Below, one piece after another: positions 28,313 through 38,523 of a stretch of DNA of 64,000 bases (within the stretch, counting starts at the first letter, position 1; every line of letters starts with the position of its first letter). This stretch comes from Macrostomum lignano (lineage: Eukaryota): positions 165,726 through 229,725 of the forward strand of contig NIVC01001855.1 in the NCBI GenBank assembly GCA_002269645.1, written 5' to 3'. Made by a program: the position numbers and the translations under genes. The notes under the pieces are model-generated. The model was not told the DNA's origin, searched no databases, and saw only the letters and a list, made by a program, of their open reading frames with translations.

Positions 28313-29466
28313 AGTCAGTTAGTCAGTCAGTCAGTCAGTCAGTCAGTCAGTCAGTCAGTCAGTCAGTCAGTCAGTCAGTCAGTCAGTCAGTCAGTCAGTC
28401 AGTCAGTCAGTCAGTCAGTCAGTCAGTCAGTCAGTCAGTCAGTCAGTCAGTCAGTCAGTCAGTCAGTCAGTCAGTCAGTCAGTCAGTCAGTCAGTCAGTC
28501 AGTCAGTCAGTCAGTCAGTCAGTCAGTCAGTCAGTCAGTCAGTCAGTCAGTCAGTCAGTCAGTCAGTCAGTCAGTCAGTCAGTCAGTCAGTCAGTCAGTC
28601 AGTCAGTCAGTCAGTCAGTCAGTCAGTCAGTCAGTCAGTCAGTCAGTCAGTCAGTCAGTCAGTCAGTCAGTCAGTCAGTCAGTCAGTCAGTCAGTCAGTC
28701 AGTCAGTCAGTCAGTCAGTCAGTCAGTCAGTCAGTCAGTCAGTCAGTCAGTCAGTCAGTCAGTCAGTCAGTCAGTCAGTCAGTCAGTCAGTCAGTCAGTC
28801 AGTCAGTCAGTCAGTCAGTCAGTCAGTCAGTCAGTCAGTCAGTCAGTCAGTCAGTCAGTCAGTCAGTCAGTCAGTCAGTCAGTCAGTCAGTCAGTCAGTC
28901 AGTCAGTCAGTCAGTCAGTCAGTCAGTCAGTCAGTCAGTCAGTCAGTCAGTCAGTCAGTCAGTCAGTCAGTCAGTCAGTCAGTCAGTCAGTCAGTCAGTC
29001 AGTCAGTCAGTCAGTCAGTCAGTCAGTCAGTCAGTCAGTCAGTCAGTCAGTCAGTCAGTCAGTCAGTCAGTCAGTCAGTCAGTCAGTCAGTCAGTCAGTC
29101 AGTCAGTCAGTCAGTCAGTCAGTCAGTCAGTCAGTCAGTCAGTCAGTCAGTCAGTCAGTCAGTCAGTCAGTCAGTCAGTCAGTCAGTCAGTCAGTCAGTC
29201 AGTCAGTCAGTCAGTCAGTCAGTCAGTCAGTCAGTCAGTCAGTCAGTCAGTCAGTCAGTCAGTCAGTCAGTCAGTCAGTCAGTCAGTCAGTCAGTCAGTC
29301 AGTCAGTCAGTCAGTCAGTCAGTCAGTCAGTCAGTCAGTCAGTCAGTCAGTCAGTCAGTCAGTCAGTCAGTCAGTCAGTCAGTCAGTCAGTCAGTCAGTC
29401 AGTCAGTCAGTCAGTCAGTCAGTCAGTCAGTCAGTCAGTCAGTCAGTTAGTTAGTTAGTTAGTCAG
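28313..29466. repeat. (AGTC)n near-perfect microsatellite, ~1.1 kb, in protocadherin intron 3
   Basis: Direct read. Confidence 0.98.
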
Positions 29467-29640
29467 TTGGTGCGGCATTTAGTTGGTTGTAATTATAGCT
29501 AACATTTTCAGTAAGATCTACTTACAGTAGAATCTAAAAGATACAAATAAGATAGCAGACGACATGGGATTATTTAATCACTTCGCACTAATCATAAAAG
29601 CCCCAAAGCTAATTAATAAAACGCACAACTCACTCTGCAG

Positions 29641-29809
29641 ACGGCAGGCATCGGGGCGGCCGCCTGCAACAGCGCCGATGACGCGGAGAGTCTGGACAGC
29701 GGCAAGGGCCATAGCACGGACACGGCTAGGCTGGACCCCACGATCAACGGCGGAGGTTCTGGAGGAGGCGGCGTTGGTGGCAGCAGAATGGCCAGGAATG
29801 GCCGAGCAG
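29641..29809 (+). CDS. Protocadherin exon 4, containing a CM1-like motif
   Basis: Acceptor CTGCAG|ACG, phase 0. Encodes ...DDAESLDSGKGHSTD..., resembling the DSGxGxS motif of delta-protocadherins. Donor CAG|GTAAGC, phase 1. Confidence 0.85.
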
Positions 29810-30128
29810 GTAAGCGGATCTGGAGATATATTTGTACTTTTATAGCCTTATTTTAAAAGTACACATGAACTTTCAGTTTCTCTGAAAGTACACATGCTTT
29901 AGTACACATGTACTTTTGCACGCATGTACTTTTGAACACATGTACTTTTGTACACAGGTAAATTTCGCATAGACATATTCGGTGAAGAAAAGTCGATGCT
30001 AGAAGAATTCCTTCAGAAAAATACACTGAACAGGTACATGCAGGAAAAAACTGAATCTCCGGTAGCTGTTTCATGAAAACATTCATGTATATGGATTAAC
30101 TTGCCAGTCAGTGCATCTCGGTCACATC

Positions 30129-30207
30129 ACTTTATTTATCGTTAGGACACACTGCACTGTGCCTTGGGGGTTGGCCCTCATATGGCGTAAATTGCACGAG
30201 CAGAGCC
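30129..30207 (-). mobile_element. Fragment of SINE family B
   Basis: CTTTATTTATCGTTAGG...GCCTTGGGGGTTGGC...AATTGCACGAGCAGAGCC matches 23224-23306. Confidence 0.75.
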
Positions 30208-30300
30208 AATTGCTAGTGCAGTGTCTTATCTGTCCAATCTATCTACAGTAGTTCATCAATCATCAAAGATACTAAACCCCCATTTTTCTCAACAACCCAG

Positions 30301-30599
30301 ACTCTCTGCAGCAGAGCAGCTCGGACCTGAAGCAGCGGCTTCGCTACACAACCCTGCAGCCGGCCCAGCAGCAGCAACTCTACCAAAATCTGCGCGAGCC
30401 AGCAGCAACAGCTGCCTCATCAGCCAATGCAGCTCAAGCGGAACCCAACAACCGAGCGGCACTGTCGGACACAGAGGACGACAACGAAGATGACGACGTC
30501 AGAGCCGATCAGGCGGGGTACACCAGCCTGCTGCAACAGCACCTGGCCTACCAGAGGGTGCAGTCGCCTCTGCCTGCGCAGCCAAGCACGTTTGTCTAG
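30301..30599 (+). CDS. Protocadherin exon 5 (last), ending in the PDZ-binding-type motif STFV
   Basis: Acceptor TTTTTCTCAACAACCCAG|AC, phase 1. Open to TAG at 30597 and includes an acidic patch DTEDDNEDDD. Spliced CDS totals 3483 nt = 1160 aa. Confidence 0.85.
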
Positions 30600-30709
30600 C
30601 ACTTAGGAGCACAGATCTTCACAACACTGAATGGGCCACTCGCTATCTCCAGATCCACAGAGCATCCACATGTACAATTGTTATTGTGCATATCCACCAT
30701 GTACAAGTA

Positions 30710-31025
30710 GGGGGCTGTAGCCTAGTGGTTAGAGCGTCGGACTCACGACTTGAAGGTCGGGGGTTCGATTCTTGACCCAATCGGAACAATTTTTGTGTCC
30801 TTAGCAAGAAAATTAACTCTGTATTGCTTCAGTTCACCCAGCTGTAAAATGGGTGCCAGCATAGCTGGGGTATAATAATTGAGGGTGTGTGTGGCGACCC
30901 CCAGTCCTTGGACTGAACAGCCGTACGCAGCCTTCACATGCGCCGCACAATAGCTGCGGCTGAGCTGTCGGTTGCATATCTGGCCCAACTGTGGCAGGTG
31001 CAATCAATTCTTGTTATTATTATAT
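30710..31025 (+). mobile_element. tRNA-derived SINE (family A) with CORE/MIR-like central domain
   Basis: A box TAGCCTAGTGG and B box GGTTCGATTCT. Central GTGTCCTTAGCAAGAAAATTAACTCTGTATTGCTTCAGTTCACCCAGCTGTAAAATGGG resembles the MIR core as I recall it. Ends in a (TTA)n tail. Confidence 0.8.
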
Positions 31026-31027
31026 CC

Positions 31028-31612
31028 ACCGAGAGACAGGGGCGCCCACCAAGAGACGGGACGCCCACCAAGAGACAGGGACGCCCACCAAGAGACAGGG
31101 GACGCCCACCAAGAGACAGGGGCGCCCACCAAGAGACAGGGGCGCCCACCAAGAGACAGGGACGCCCAACCGAGACAGGGACGACCACCCAGAGACAGGG
31201 ACGCCCACCAAGAGACGGGACGCCCACCAAGAGACGGGACGCCCACCAAGAGACAGGGGCACCCACCAAGAGACAGGGACGCCCACCAAGAGACAGGGAC
31301 GCCCACCAAGAGACAGGGACGCCCACCAAGAGACAGGGACGCCCACCAAGAGACGGGACGCCCACCAAGAGACAGGGACGCCCACCAAGAGACAGGGACG
31401 CCCAACCGAGACAGGGACGACCACCCAGAGACAGGACATCCACAAAAAGGCAGGGACGCCCATCCAGACAGAGTACAACCCACCAAGAGACAGGGACGCC
31501 CAACCGAGACAGGGACGACCACCCAGAGACAGGACATCCACAAAAAGACAGGGACGCCCATCCAGACAGAGTACAACCCACCAAGAGACAGGGGCGCCCA
31601 CCCAAGAGACAA
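31028..31612. repeat. 20-bp minisatellite (CCCACCAAGAGACAGGGACG) with longer duplicated variants
   Basis: Direct read; source of six spurious ORFs. Confidence 0.93.
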
Positions 31613-32199
31613 AATCCCGGAAATAATTAAAACAGACGCCAAATTGAAAGAAGTGTCATTAACTAAGGCAGTGAGTGGCCTATCCAGTGCTCCGTATCTG
31701 TAACTAGGACTCAACTAACAAATCAGCCTATCAATCAACTGTTTTAATTGTCACACATCTTTCTCACTAAAATTCGACATTTCCAATCGAACGTTTTAAG
31801 AAATGTTCGCGAAACAATGTTTTGCCGCTAAAATCACCTCCTTGATGCTTTATTCTCTGTGCATATATACTTAGCTAAAATATTAATTTATGCGTCGAAT
31901 TTGTATACTACTAGATGAGTAGCAATTTGTGTAAAAAACGGATGCGTATGTATATTAATAACCCAAATCATAGTAAAAGCAAAGCAATGCTTAAATGTTG
32001 TGTTAAAATTTATGCACATACCACTGCATACCTAAATATATTATGCAGTTAATGTGTTAAGTAATAAATAGATCAAACACAACTCACAGGAATTCAATTA
32101 TATTTCTAAGAAATGCAGCGACATTAAATAAACATAATAATGCAGCGGCTGAATTGAGGAAAATATTAAAATAATAATGATAGCTATTCTAGATTAGAC

Positions 32200-33296
32200 A
32201 ACTCAAAATCTCACCCATTGTCGCTTAGAGCAGGGCTCAAAATCTCTCCCATTGTAGTTTAGAGCCGGGCTCAAAATCTCTCCCATTGTAGCTTAGAGCA
32301 GGGCTCAAAATCTCTCCCATTGTAGCTTAGAGCAGGGCTCAAAATCTCACCCATTGTAGCTTAGAGCAGGGCTCAAAATCTCACCCATTGTAGCTTAGAG
32401 CAGGGCTCAAAATCTCACCCATTGTAGCTTAGAGCAGGACTCAAAATCTCTCCCATTGTAGCTTAGAGCAGGGCTCAAAATCTCTCCCATTGTAGCTTAG
32501 AGCAGGGCTCAAAATCTCTCCCATTGTAGCTTAGAGCAGGGCTCAAAATCTCTCCCATTGTAGCTTAGAGCAGGGCTCAAAATCTCACGCATTGTAGCTT
32601 AGAGCAGGGCTCAAAATCTCTCCCATTGTAGCTTATAGCAGGACTCAAAATCTCTCCGATTGTAGCTTAGAGCAGGGCTCAAAATCTCACCCATTGTAGC
32701 TTAGAGCAGGGCTCAAAATCTCTCCCATTGTAGCTTAGAGCAGGGCTCAAAATCTCACCCATTGTAGCTTAGAGCAGGGCTCAAAATCTCTCCCATTGTA
32801 GCTTAGATCAGGACTCAAAATCTCTCCCATTGTAGCTTAGAGCAGGGCTCAAAATCTCTCCCATTGTAGCTTAGAGCAGGGCTCAAAATCTCTCCCATTG
32901 TAGCTTAGAGCAGGGCTCAAAATCTCTCCCATTGTAGCTTAGAGCAGGGCTCAAAATCTCACCCATTGTAGCTTAGAGCAGGGCTCAAAATCTCACCCAT
33001 TGTAGCTTAGAGCAGGGCTCAAAATCTCACCCATTGTAGCTTAGAGCAGGACTCAAAATCTCTCCCATTGTAGCTTAGATCAGGACTCAAAATATCTCCC
33101 ATTGTAGCTTAGAGCAGGGCTCAAAATCTCTCCCATTGTAGCTTAGAGCAGGGCTCAAAATCTCTCCCATTGTAGCTTAGAGCAGGGCTCAAAATCTCAC
33201 GCATTGTAGCTTAGAGCAGGGCTCAAAATCTCTCCCATTGTAGCTTAGAGCAGGGCTCAAAATCTCACGCATTGTAGCTTAGAGCAGGGCTCAAAC
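32200..33296. repeat. 34-bp minisatellite (GTAGCTTAGAGCAGGGCTCAAAATCTCTCCCATT)
   Basis: About 32 copies. Confidence 0.96.
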
Positions 33297-33359
33297 CCTA
33301 CTAACGAGTTTTATAGATTTTATTAATTTGTTATTCAAATGTCAACCGGAGCCGAGAGC

Positions 33360-33593
33360 TCACAACAGGAACCGGCCCTGCTCGTGAATCTCAGCCTGCA
33401 GCCGGGCCACTTCCCTCTCCAGCTCTTTAACTTCAGCGCGGGCCTCAGTTAAATCTGGCGACAATCCGTTAAACCTGGCCATGCCGGCCAGTAGAGACTG
33501 CTTCTCAGCTGCCAGGTGCTGATTAGACAGGTGCGCCTCAACCAGGCTCTCGTGCGTCAGATTGTCGGCAAAACCTAGCGATTGCAGATTTGC
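33360..33593 (-). CDS. HAUS1/augmin subunit 1-like, exon 5 (last)
   Basis: Acceptor TTCTCCCGCAG|GCA, phase 0. Encodes ANLQSLGFADNLTHESLV...FNGLSPDLTEARAEVKELEREVARLQAEI...FLL*, resembling the HAUS1 C-terminus (LSHQSLV...YLDLMP) from memory. AATAAA on the minus strand at 33324-33319. Confidence 0.7.
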   Translation of the reverse strand, partial: ANLQSLGFADNLTHESLVEAHLSNQHLAAEKQSLLAGMARFNGLSPDLTEARAEVKELEREVARLQAEIHEQGRFLL

Positions 33594-33705
33594 CTGCGGG
33601 AGAATTTGATAACGATTTTTTAATTAACGAACGCTACATGCCGCTACAAGTAGGAGAAATAGAACAGACACTTAGAATTACAGAAAAATGACCCTAGGTG
33701 TTGAC

Positions 33706-34266
33706 AAGCCGATATGTATCGAAAATAACTAAAACTAATGGTGTTTCATCGATTCGATATGTATCGAAAATAACTATAACTTATGGTATTCAATTCAGCC
33801 GACATGTATCGAAAATAGCTATAACCAATGATGTTTAATTCAGCCGATATGTATTGAAAATAACTAAAACAAATGGTGTTTCATCGATTCGATATGTATC
33901 GAAAATAACTATAACTTATGGTATTCAATTCAGCCGACATGTATCGAAAATAGCTATAACCAATGATGTTTAATTCAGCCGATATGTATTGAAAATAACT
34001 AAAACAAATGGTGTTTCATCGATTCGATATGTATCGAAAATAACTATAACTTATGGTATTCAATTCAGCCGACATGTATCGAAAATAGCTATAACCAATG
34101 ATGTTTAATTCAGCCGATATGTATCGAAAATAACTAAAACTAATGGTGTTTCATTGATTCGATATGTATTGAAAATAACTATAACTTATCGTATTCAATT
34201 GATCCGACATGTATCGAAAATAGCTATAACCAATGATGTTTAATTCAGCCGATATGTATTGAAAAT
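33706..34266. repeat. Higher-order repeat: 135-bp trimer of 45-bp subunits, ~4 copies, intronic
   Basis: Three subunit types (GATATGTATCGAAAATAAC...) cycle in order; type A at 33711 and 33846. Confidence 0.92.
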
Positions 34267-34306
34267 AAATATACACACAAACCCGTAAAGTAAACAGACA
34301 ACAAAC

Positions 34307-34430
34307 CTCAAGCGTTTCGGCGGCCGCCTGAAATTTCTTCGCCTCCAGAGAGTCCTTTTCAATTTGACGCTGAGCCGAAGCCGCTTTGCTTGCCTGCTTG
34401 CTGCTTTTGGCAAGTTTTTGCTCCAGCAGA
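34307..34430 (-). CDS. HAUS1-like exon 4
   Basis: TTTCAG|T (phase 2), LLEQKLAKSSKQASK...KKFQAAAETLE, then GAG|GTTTGT (phase 0). Confidence 0.7.
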
Positions 34431-34501
34431 CTGAAATTTTAGCAAGAATTATGCAAACTTAAAAACTTGTTACCATGGTAACCATATCAAAGCTTAACTA
34501 C

Positions 34502-34636
34502 CTATCAACTTGAGCTTGCATTTCAGCAACTTGTTGAAGACATTCGCCGACAGAATCTAGCGATCGCTGCAGCTTGATGCTGTCCAGTTCAGTTCTCTCC
34601 AGCTCAATCTGATTGGCGAGCAGCCGGCGTGAGAGA
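34502..34636 (-). CDS. HAUS1-like exon 3
   Basis: TTTTCCAG|T (phase 2), LSRRLLANQIELERTELDSIKLQRSLDSVGECLQQV..., then AG|GTAG (phase 2). A 71-nt intron follows. Confidence 0.7.
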
Positions 34637-34671
34637 CTGGAAAATAGGGATTAAAATAGTTGCTAAGGTCC

Positions 34672-35395
34672 GCAGCTAAGGTGTGCAGCTGAGGTGTGTA
34701 GCTAAGGTGTGTAGCTAAGGTGTGTAGCTAAGGTGTGTAGCTAAGGTGTGTAGCTAAGGTGTGCAGCTAAGGTGTGTAGCTAAGGTGTGTAGCTAAGGTG
34801 TGTAGCTAAGGTGTGCAGCTAAGGTGTGTAGCTAAGGTGTGCAGCTAAGGTGTGCAGCTAAGGTATGTAGCTAAGGTGTGTAACTAAGGTGTGTAGCTAA
34901 GGTGTGCAGCTAAGGTGTGTAGCTAAGGTGTGCAGCTAAGGTATGTAGCTAAGGTGTGTAGCTAAGGTGTGTAGCTAAGGTGTGTAGCTAAGGTGTGTAG
35001 CTAAGGTGTGTAGCTAAGGTGTGTAGCTAAGGTGTGTAGCTAAGGTGTGTAGCTAAGGTGTGTAGCTAAGGTGTGTAGCTAAGGTGTGTAGCTAAGGTGT
35101 GTAGCTAAGGTGTGTAGCTAAGGTGTGTAGCTAAGGTGTGTAACTAAGGTGTGTAGCTAAGGTGTGTAGCTAAGGTGTGTAGCTAAGGTGTGCAGCTAAG
35201 GTGTGCAGCTAAGGTATGTAGCTAAGGTGTGTAACTAAGGTGTGTAGCTAAGGTGTGCAGCTAAGGTGTGTAGCTAAGGTGTGCAGCTAAGGTGTGCAGC
35301 TAAGGTATGTAGCTAAGGTGTGTAACTAAGGTGTGTAGCTAAGGTGTGCAGCTAAGGTGTGCAGCTAAGGTGTGCAGCTAAGGTGTGTAGCTAAG
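34672..35395. repeat. 13-bp minisatellite (GCTAAGGTGTGTA), intronic
   Basis: About 55 copies. Confidence 0.96.
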
Positions 35396-35456
35396 ATGGG
35401 CGGCAAAAATACGCAGGTTTCTGTAGAAAGAGGCTTCCAAAGGCACAATGACTCAC

Positions 35457-35598
35457 TGTGCAACATCCAAGGTGTCGAAGCCTTGCTCAACCGCCAGTCG
35501 CACCAAGCTATGGAGCTCAGGCAGGGTGTCGGGCGACAGCACAGTCTCTGCCAGACTGTCGCCAAGGAACTTCCATAGAACGCTGCGGTGAAGTTCAG
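35457..35598 (-). CDS. HAUS1-like exon 2
   Basis: CCCTCAG|CT (phase 1), ELHRSVLWKFLGDSLAETVLSPDTLPELHSLVRLAVEQGFDTLDVA, then CA|GTGAGT (phase 2). Confidence 0.7.
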
Positions 35599-35639
35599 CT
35601 GAGGGTTGGAAATTTAATTGCTAGCTGGTTCACATGCCT

Positions 35640-35800
35640 GTCACAGTGATGAGTCACCCACACCACAGCTTCACCCAGACCCTTCACAGTGATGAGTCAC
35701 CCACACCACAGCTTCCCTTCACAGTGATGAGTCACCCACACCACAGCTTCACCCAGACCCTTCACAGTGATGAGTCACCCACACCACAGCTTCACCCAGA
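35640..35800. repeat. Short ~43-bp tandem repeat, intronic
   Basis: CTTCACAGTGATGAGTCACCCACACCACAGCTTCACCCAGACC, 3-4 copies. Confidence 0.85.
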
Positions 35801-35821
35801 CACCCGAATCCCCGCACAAAC

Positions 35822-35906
35822 CTCTACTTTCGTGGAATCGCAAGTCGTCCAGCTGCTGCTCCATCAGCTCCTGATAGTCAGGTTTAGCGGACCGAGAAGA
35901 GCTCAT
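35822..35906 (-). CDS. HAUS1-like exon 1 (start codon)
   Basis: ATG at 35906 with in-frame TAA TAA just upstream. Encodes MSSSRSAKPDYQELMEQQLDDLRFHESR, then G|GTTTGT (phase 1). Five exons total 720 nt = 239 aa. Confidence 0.65.
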
Positions 35907-36223
35907 TGTGCCAATGTTAGTTTATTAATGCTGAAAGTGATTATCAGTACCGGTAGTAAATAAGTTTGTTACAGAACATATTTATAACACTAATTGGACT
36001 TTGATAACAGTAGTGTAGACAAAAATAAAAGAAGACTATAAATTTTAAATTTTTATATCGCTGACTGCCAGTCTTATGGACGGCACAATAGCAATGTACT
36101 TAAATTATCAATTATACGCAAGCTCTGCCTATAGAGTTTAGCTAGGGCATAACAGCGTAGATTGAAATACAGGAACACAATCTAATTTCATTTTTTGCAT
36201 AGTAACATTTCTAACAGATAAAG

Positions 36224-36424
36224 GCTCGCCCAGCAACTGAGGATCTAAGAGGCTGGCCCAGCAACTGAGGATCTGGGAGGCTGGCCCAGCAACTGAGGAT
36301 CTGGGAGGCTGGCCCAGTAACTGAGGATCTGGGAGGCTGGCCTAGCAACTGACACTCTGGGAGGCTGACCCAGTAACTGGGGATCTGGGAGGCTGGCCCA
36401 GCAACTGAGGATCTGAGAGGCTGA
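36224..36424. repeat. 28-bp tandem repeat (GGCTGGCCCAGCAACTGAGGATCTGGGA)
   Basis: About 7 copies between the COX11 stop and the HAUS1-like start. Confidence 0.9.
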
Positions 36425-36516
36425 TGCCCCATCTTGCAAAGCTCTAAAGAATTGATTCATGTTAAACCTACAGACACAAGAACATAAAGTACCCCAAAAC
36501 AGTAAAAGAAATCAGT

Positions 36517-37263
36517 TCAAGTGGCGGCCGGACTCGCAGTCAGTCCAGGCAGGGACAGACTCAGGCCCTCCTTGGCTTCGAAGAAGCAATAAGACAGCGT
36601 AATCTGGCGCACGTCTCTCAGCCTGGGGTCGTTAATGAACTCCGGGTCGATGTAGAAAAACACGGGCATGTCGACCTCTTCGCCAGGATTTAAACGCTGC
36701 TCTTCAAAGCAGAAGCATTGGATCTTGTTGAAATACTGGGAGGCCTGGTAGGGGTTGACGGTGTAGGTGGCGATGCCGGTCACGGGCACATCCGTGGGGT
36801 TCCTGGCCGTGTAGAACACCAGCACAGTCTCGCCGGGCACCAGCTGAACCCGCGGCTGCTGCGGCCGGAAATTCCAAGCCAACTGCGAGTGCGTGTCGGC
36901 GATAAAGTTGACAACCAGCGGACAGTCGGCCACCGGTCGCATCTCGCGGACTCGCTCGATGTTGTCAACTCGAGCCAGCAGCGGGTTGGACGCGGTGCCG
37001 GTCATCTGGCAGAATTTGCGGTACAGCGGCACCGAAGCGTACGATAGGCCTAGCATGAACACGGCCGCGGCGGACATGTACATTGTGGCCGTGGCGCCCG
37101 CGTCTACTGCGGGTTTTCCGCGGCTTTGCCACGGCCCGCCCGGCCCCAGATTCTGACCAAAGCGGGCCGAGTTGTCGCTTTTGAATCGCTGGAAGAACTG
37201 GTGCTGGCGGCCAGCTAGCAGAAGCTGCAGTCTGCAGCGGTCGCACATGAGACGGGAGAGCAT
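36517..37263 (-). CDS. COX11: Cytochrome c oxidase assembly protein COX11 (mitochondrial copper chaperone), intronless, 248 aa
   Basis: TM segment ending LSYASVPLYRKFCQMTG; WNFRPQQ; TGIATYTV; FNKIQCFCFEEQRLNPGEEVDMPVFFYIDP (CFCF copper motif). First ATG at 37263, preceded by a basic targeting-like N-terminus. Confidence 0.97.
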   Translation of the reverse strand: MLSRLMCDRCRLQLLLAGRQHQFFQRFKSDNSARFGQNLGPGGPWQSRGKPAVDAGATATMYMSAAAVFMLGLSYASVPLYRKFCQMTGTASNPLLARVDNIERVREMRPVADCPLVVNFIADTHSQLAWNFRPQQPRVQLVPGETVLVFYTARNPTDVPVTGIATYTVNPYQASQYFNKIQCFCFEEQRLNPGEEVDMPVFFYIDPEFINDPRLRDVRQITLSYCFFEAKEGLSLSLPGLTASPAAT

Positions 37264-37544
37264 GCCTGCTAAACACCACAACCTGTCGGAAGAAAGAATT
37301 CCAATTATTAAAAACAGTTGAAGCTAACAACACTATCGAATTGTCAAATACTGAAATTTTACACCTTCTAAGCAAGACATTGCTTCAAGTTTACACATGG
37401 AAGCACGCAGAATCTCTCGCAATTTGTTTAAAACTATCTATTTCATTTTCATGTGAATGGCTTATGCGATTTCAAGGCACGGCTTCTAGCACAAGAATTG
37501 CTTTGCTCTTATTAGTTATGACGAAACAACTGCATCTTTATTTT

Positions 37545-38523
37545 ATTTATGAAGTCGAGAATTCCTTTTAAGACACGGCCAACCATATTCAACCTATGGT
37601 TTGAGGATAATCTTTATTTATGAAGTCGAGAATTCCTTTTAAGACACGGCCAACCATATTCAACCTATGGTTTGAGGATAATCTTTATTTTATTTATGAA
37701 GTCGAGAATTCCTTTTAAGACACGGCCAACCATATTCAACCTATGGTTTGAGGATAATCTTTATTTATGAAGTCGAGAATTCCTTTTAAGACACTGCCAA
37801 CCATATTCAACCTATGGTTTGAGGATAATCTTTATTTTAATTTATGAAGTCGAGAATTCCTTTTAAGACACTGCCAACCATATTCAACCTATGGTTTGAG
37901 GATAATCTTTATTTTAATTTATGAAGTCGAGAATTCCTTTTAAGACACGGCCAACCATATTCAACCTATGGTTTGAGGATAATCTTTATTTTAATTTATG
38001 AAGTCGAGAATTCCTTTTAAGACACGGCCAACCATATTCAACCTATGGTTTGAGGATAATCTTTATTTTAATTTATGAAGTCGAGAATTCCTTTTAAGAC
38101 ACTGCCAACCATATTCAACCTATGGTTTGAGGATAATCTTTATTTTAATTTATGAAGTCGAGAATTCCTTTTAAGACACGGCCAACCATATTCAACCTAT
38201 GGTTTGAGGATAATCTTTATTTTAATTTATGAAGTCGAGAATTCCTTTTAAGACACGGCCAACCATATTCAACCTATGGTTTGAGGATAATCTTTATTTT
38301 AATTTATGAAGTCGAGAATTCCTTTTAAGACACTGCCAACCATATTCAACCTATGGTTTGAGGATAATCTTTATTTTAATTTATGAAGTCGAGAATTCCT
38401 TTTAAGACACGGCCAACCATATTCAACCTATGGTTTGAGGATAATCTTTATTTTAATTTATGAAGTCGAGAATTCCTTTTAAGACACTGCCAACCATATT
38501 CAACCTATGGTTTGAGGATAATC
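37545..38523. repeat. 77-bp (some 72-bp) tandem repeat, ~13 copies
   Basis: TTTATGAAGTCGAGAATTCCTTTTAAGACACGGCCAACCATATTCAACCTATGGTTTGAGGATAATCTTTATTTTAA, nearly identical units. Confidence 0.96.

Noticed and set aside
30710-30785. Functional tRNA gene (CAC in the anticodon position)
   Set aside because: Anticodon and acceptor stems pair poorly and the sequence continues into a SINE body and tail.
30690-31030. ATATCCACC on both sides of SINE A as a target-site duplication
   Set aside because: The left copy is about 12 nt away from the SINE 5' end and belongs to a local duplication, so it is not a clean TSD.
37545-38523. 77-bp regularly spaced repeat as CRISPR or tRNA/ncRNA array
   Set aside because: Units are identical end to end with no spacers, no A/B boxes and no recognisable RNA motif.
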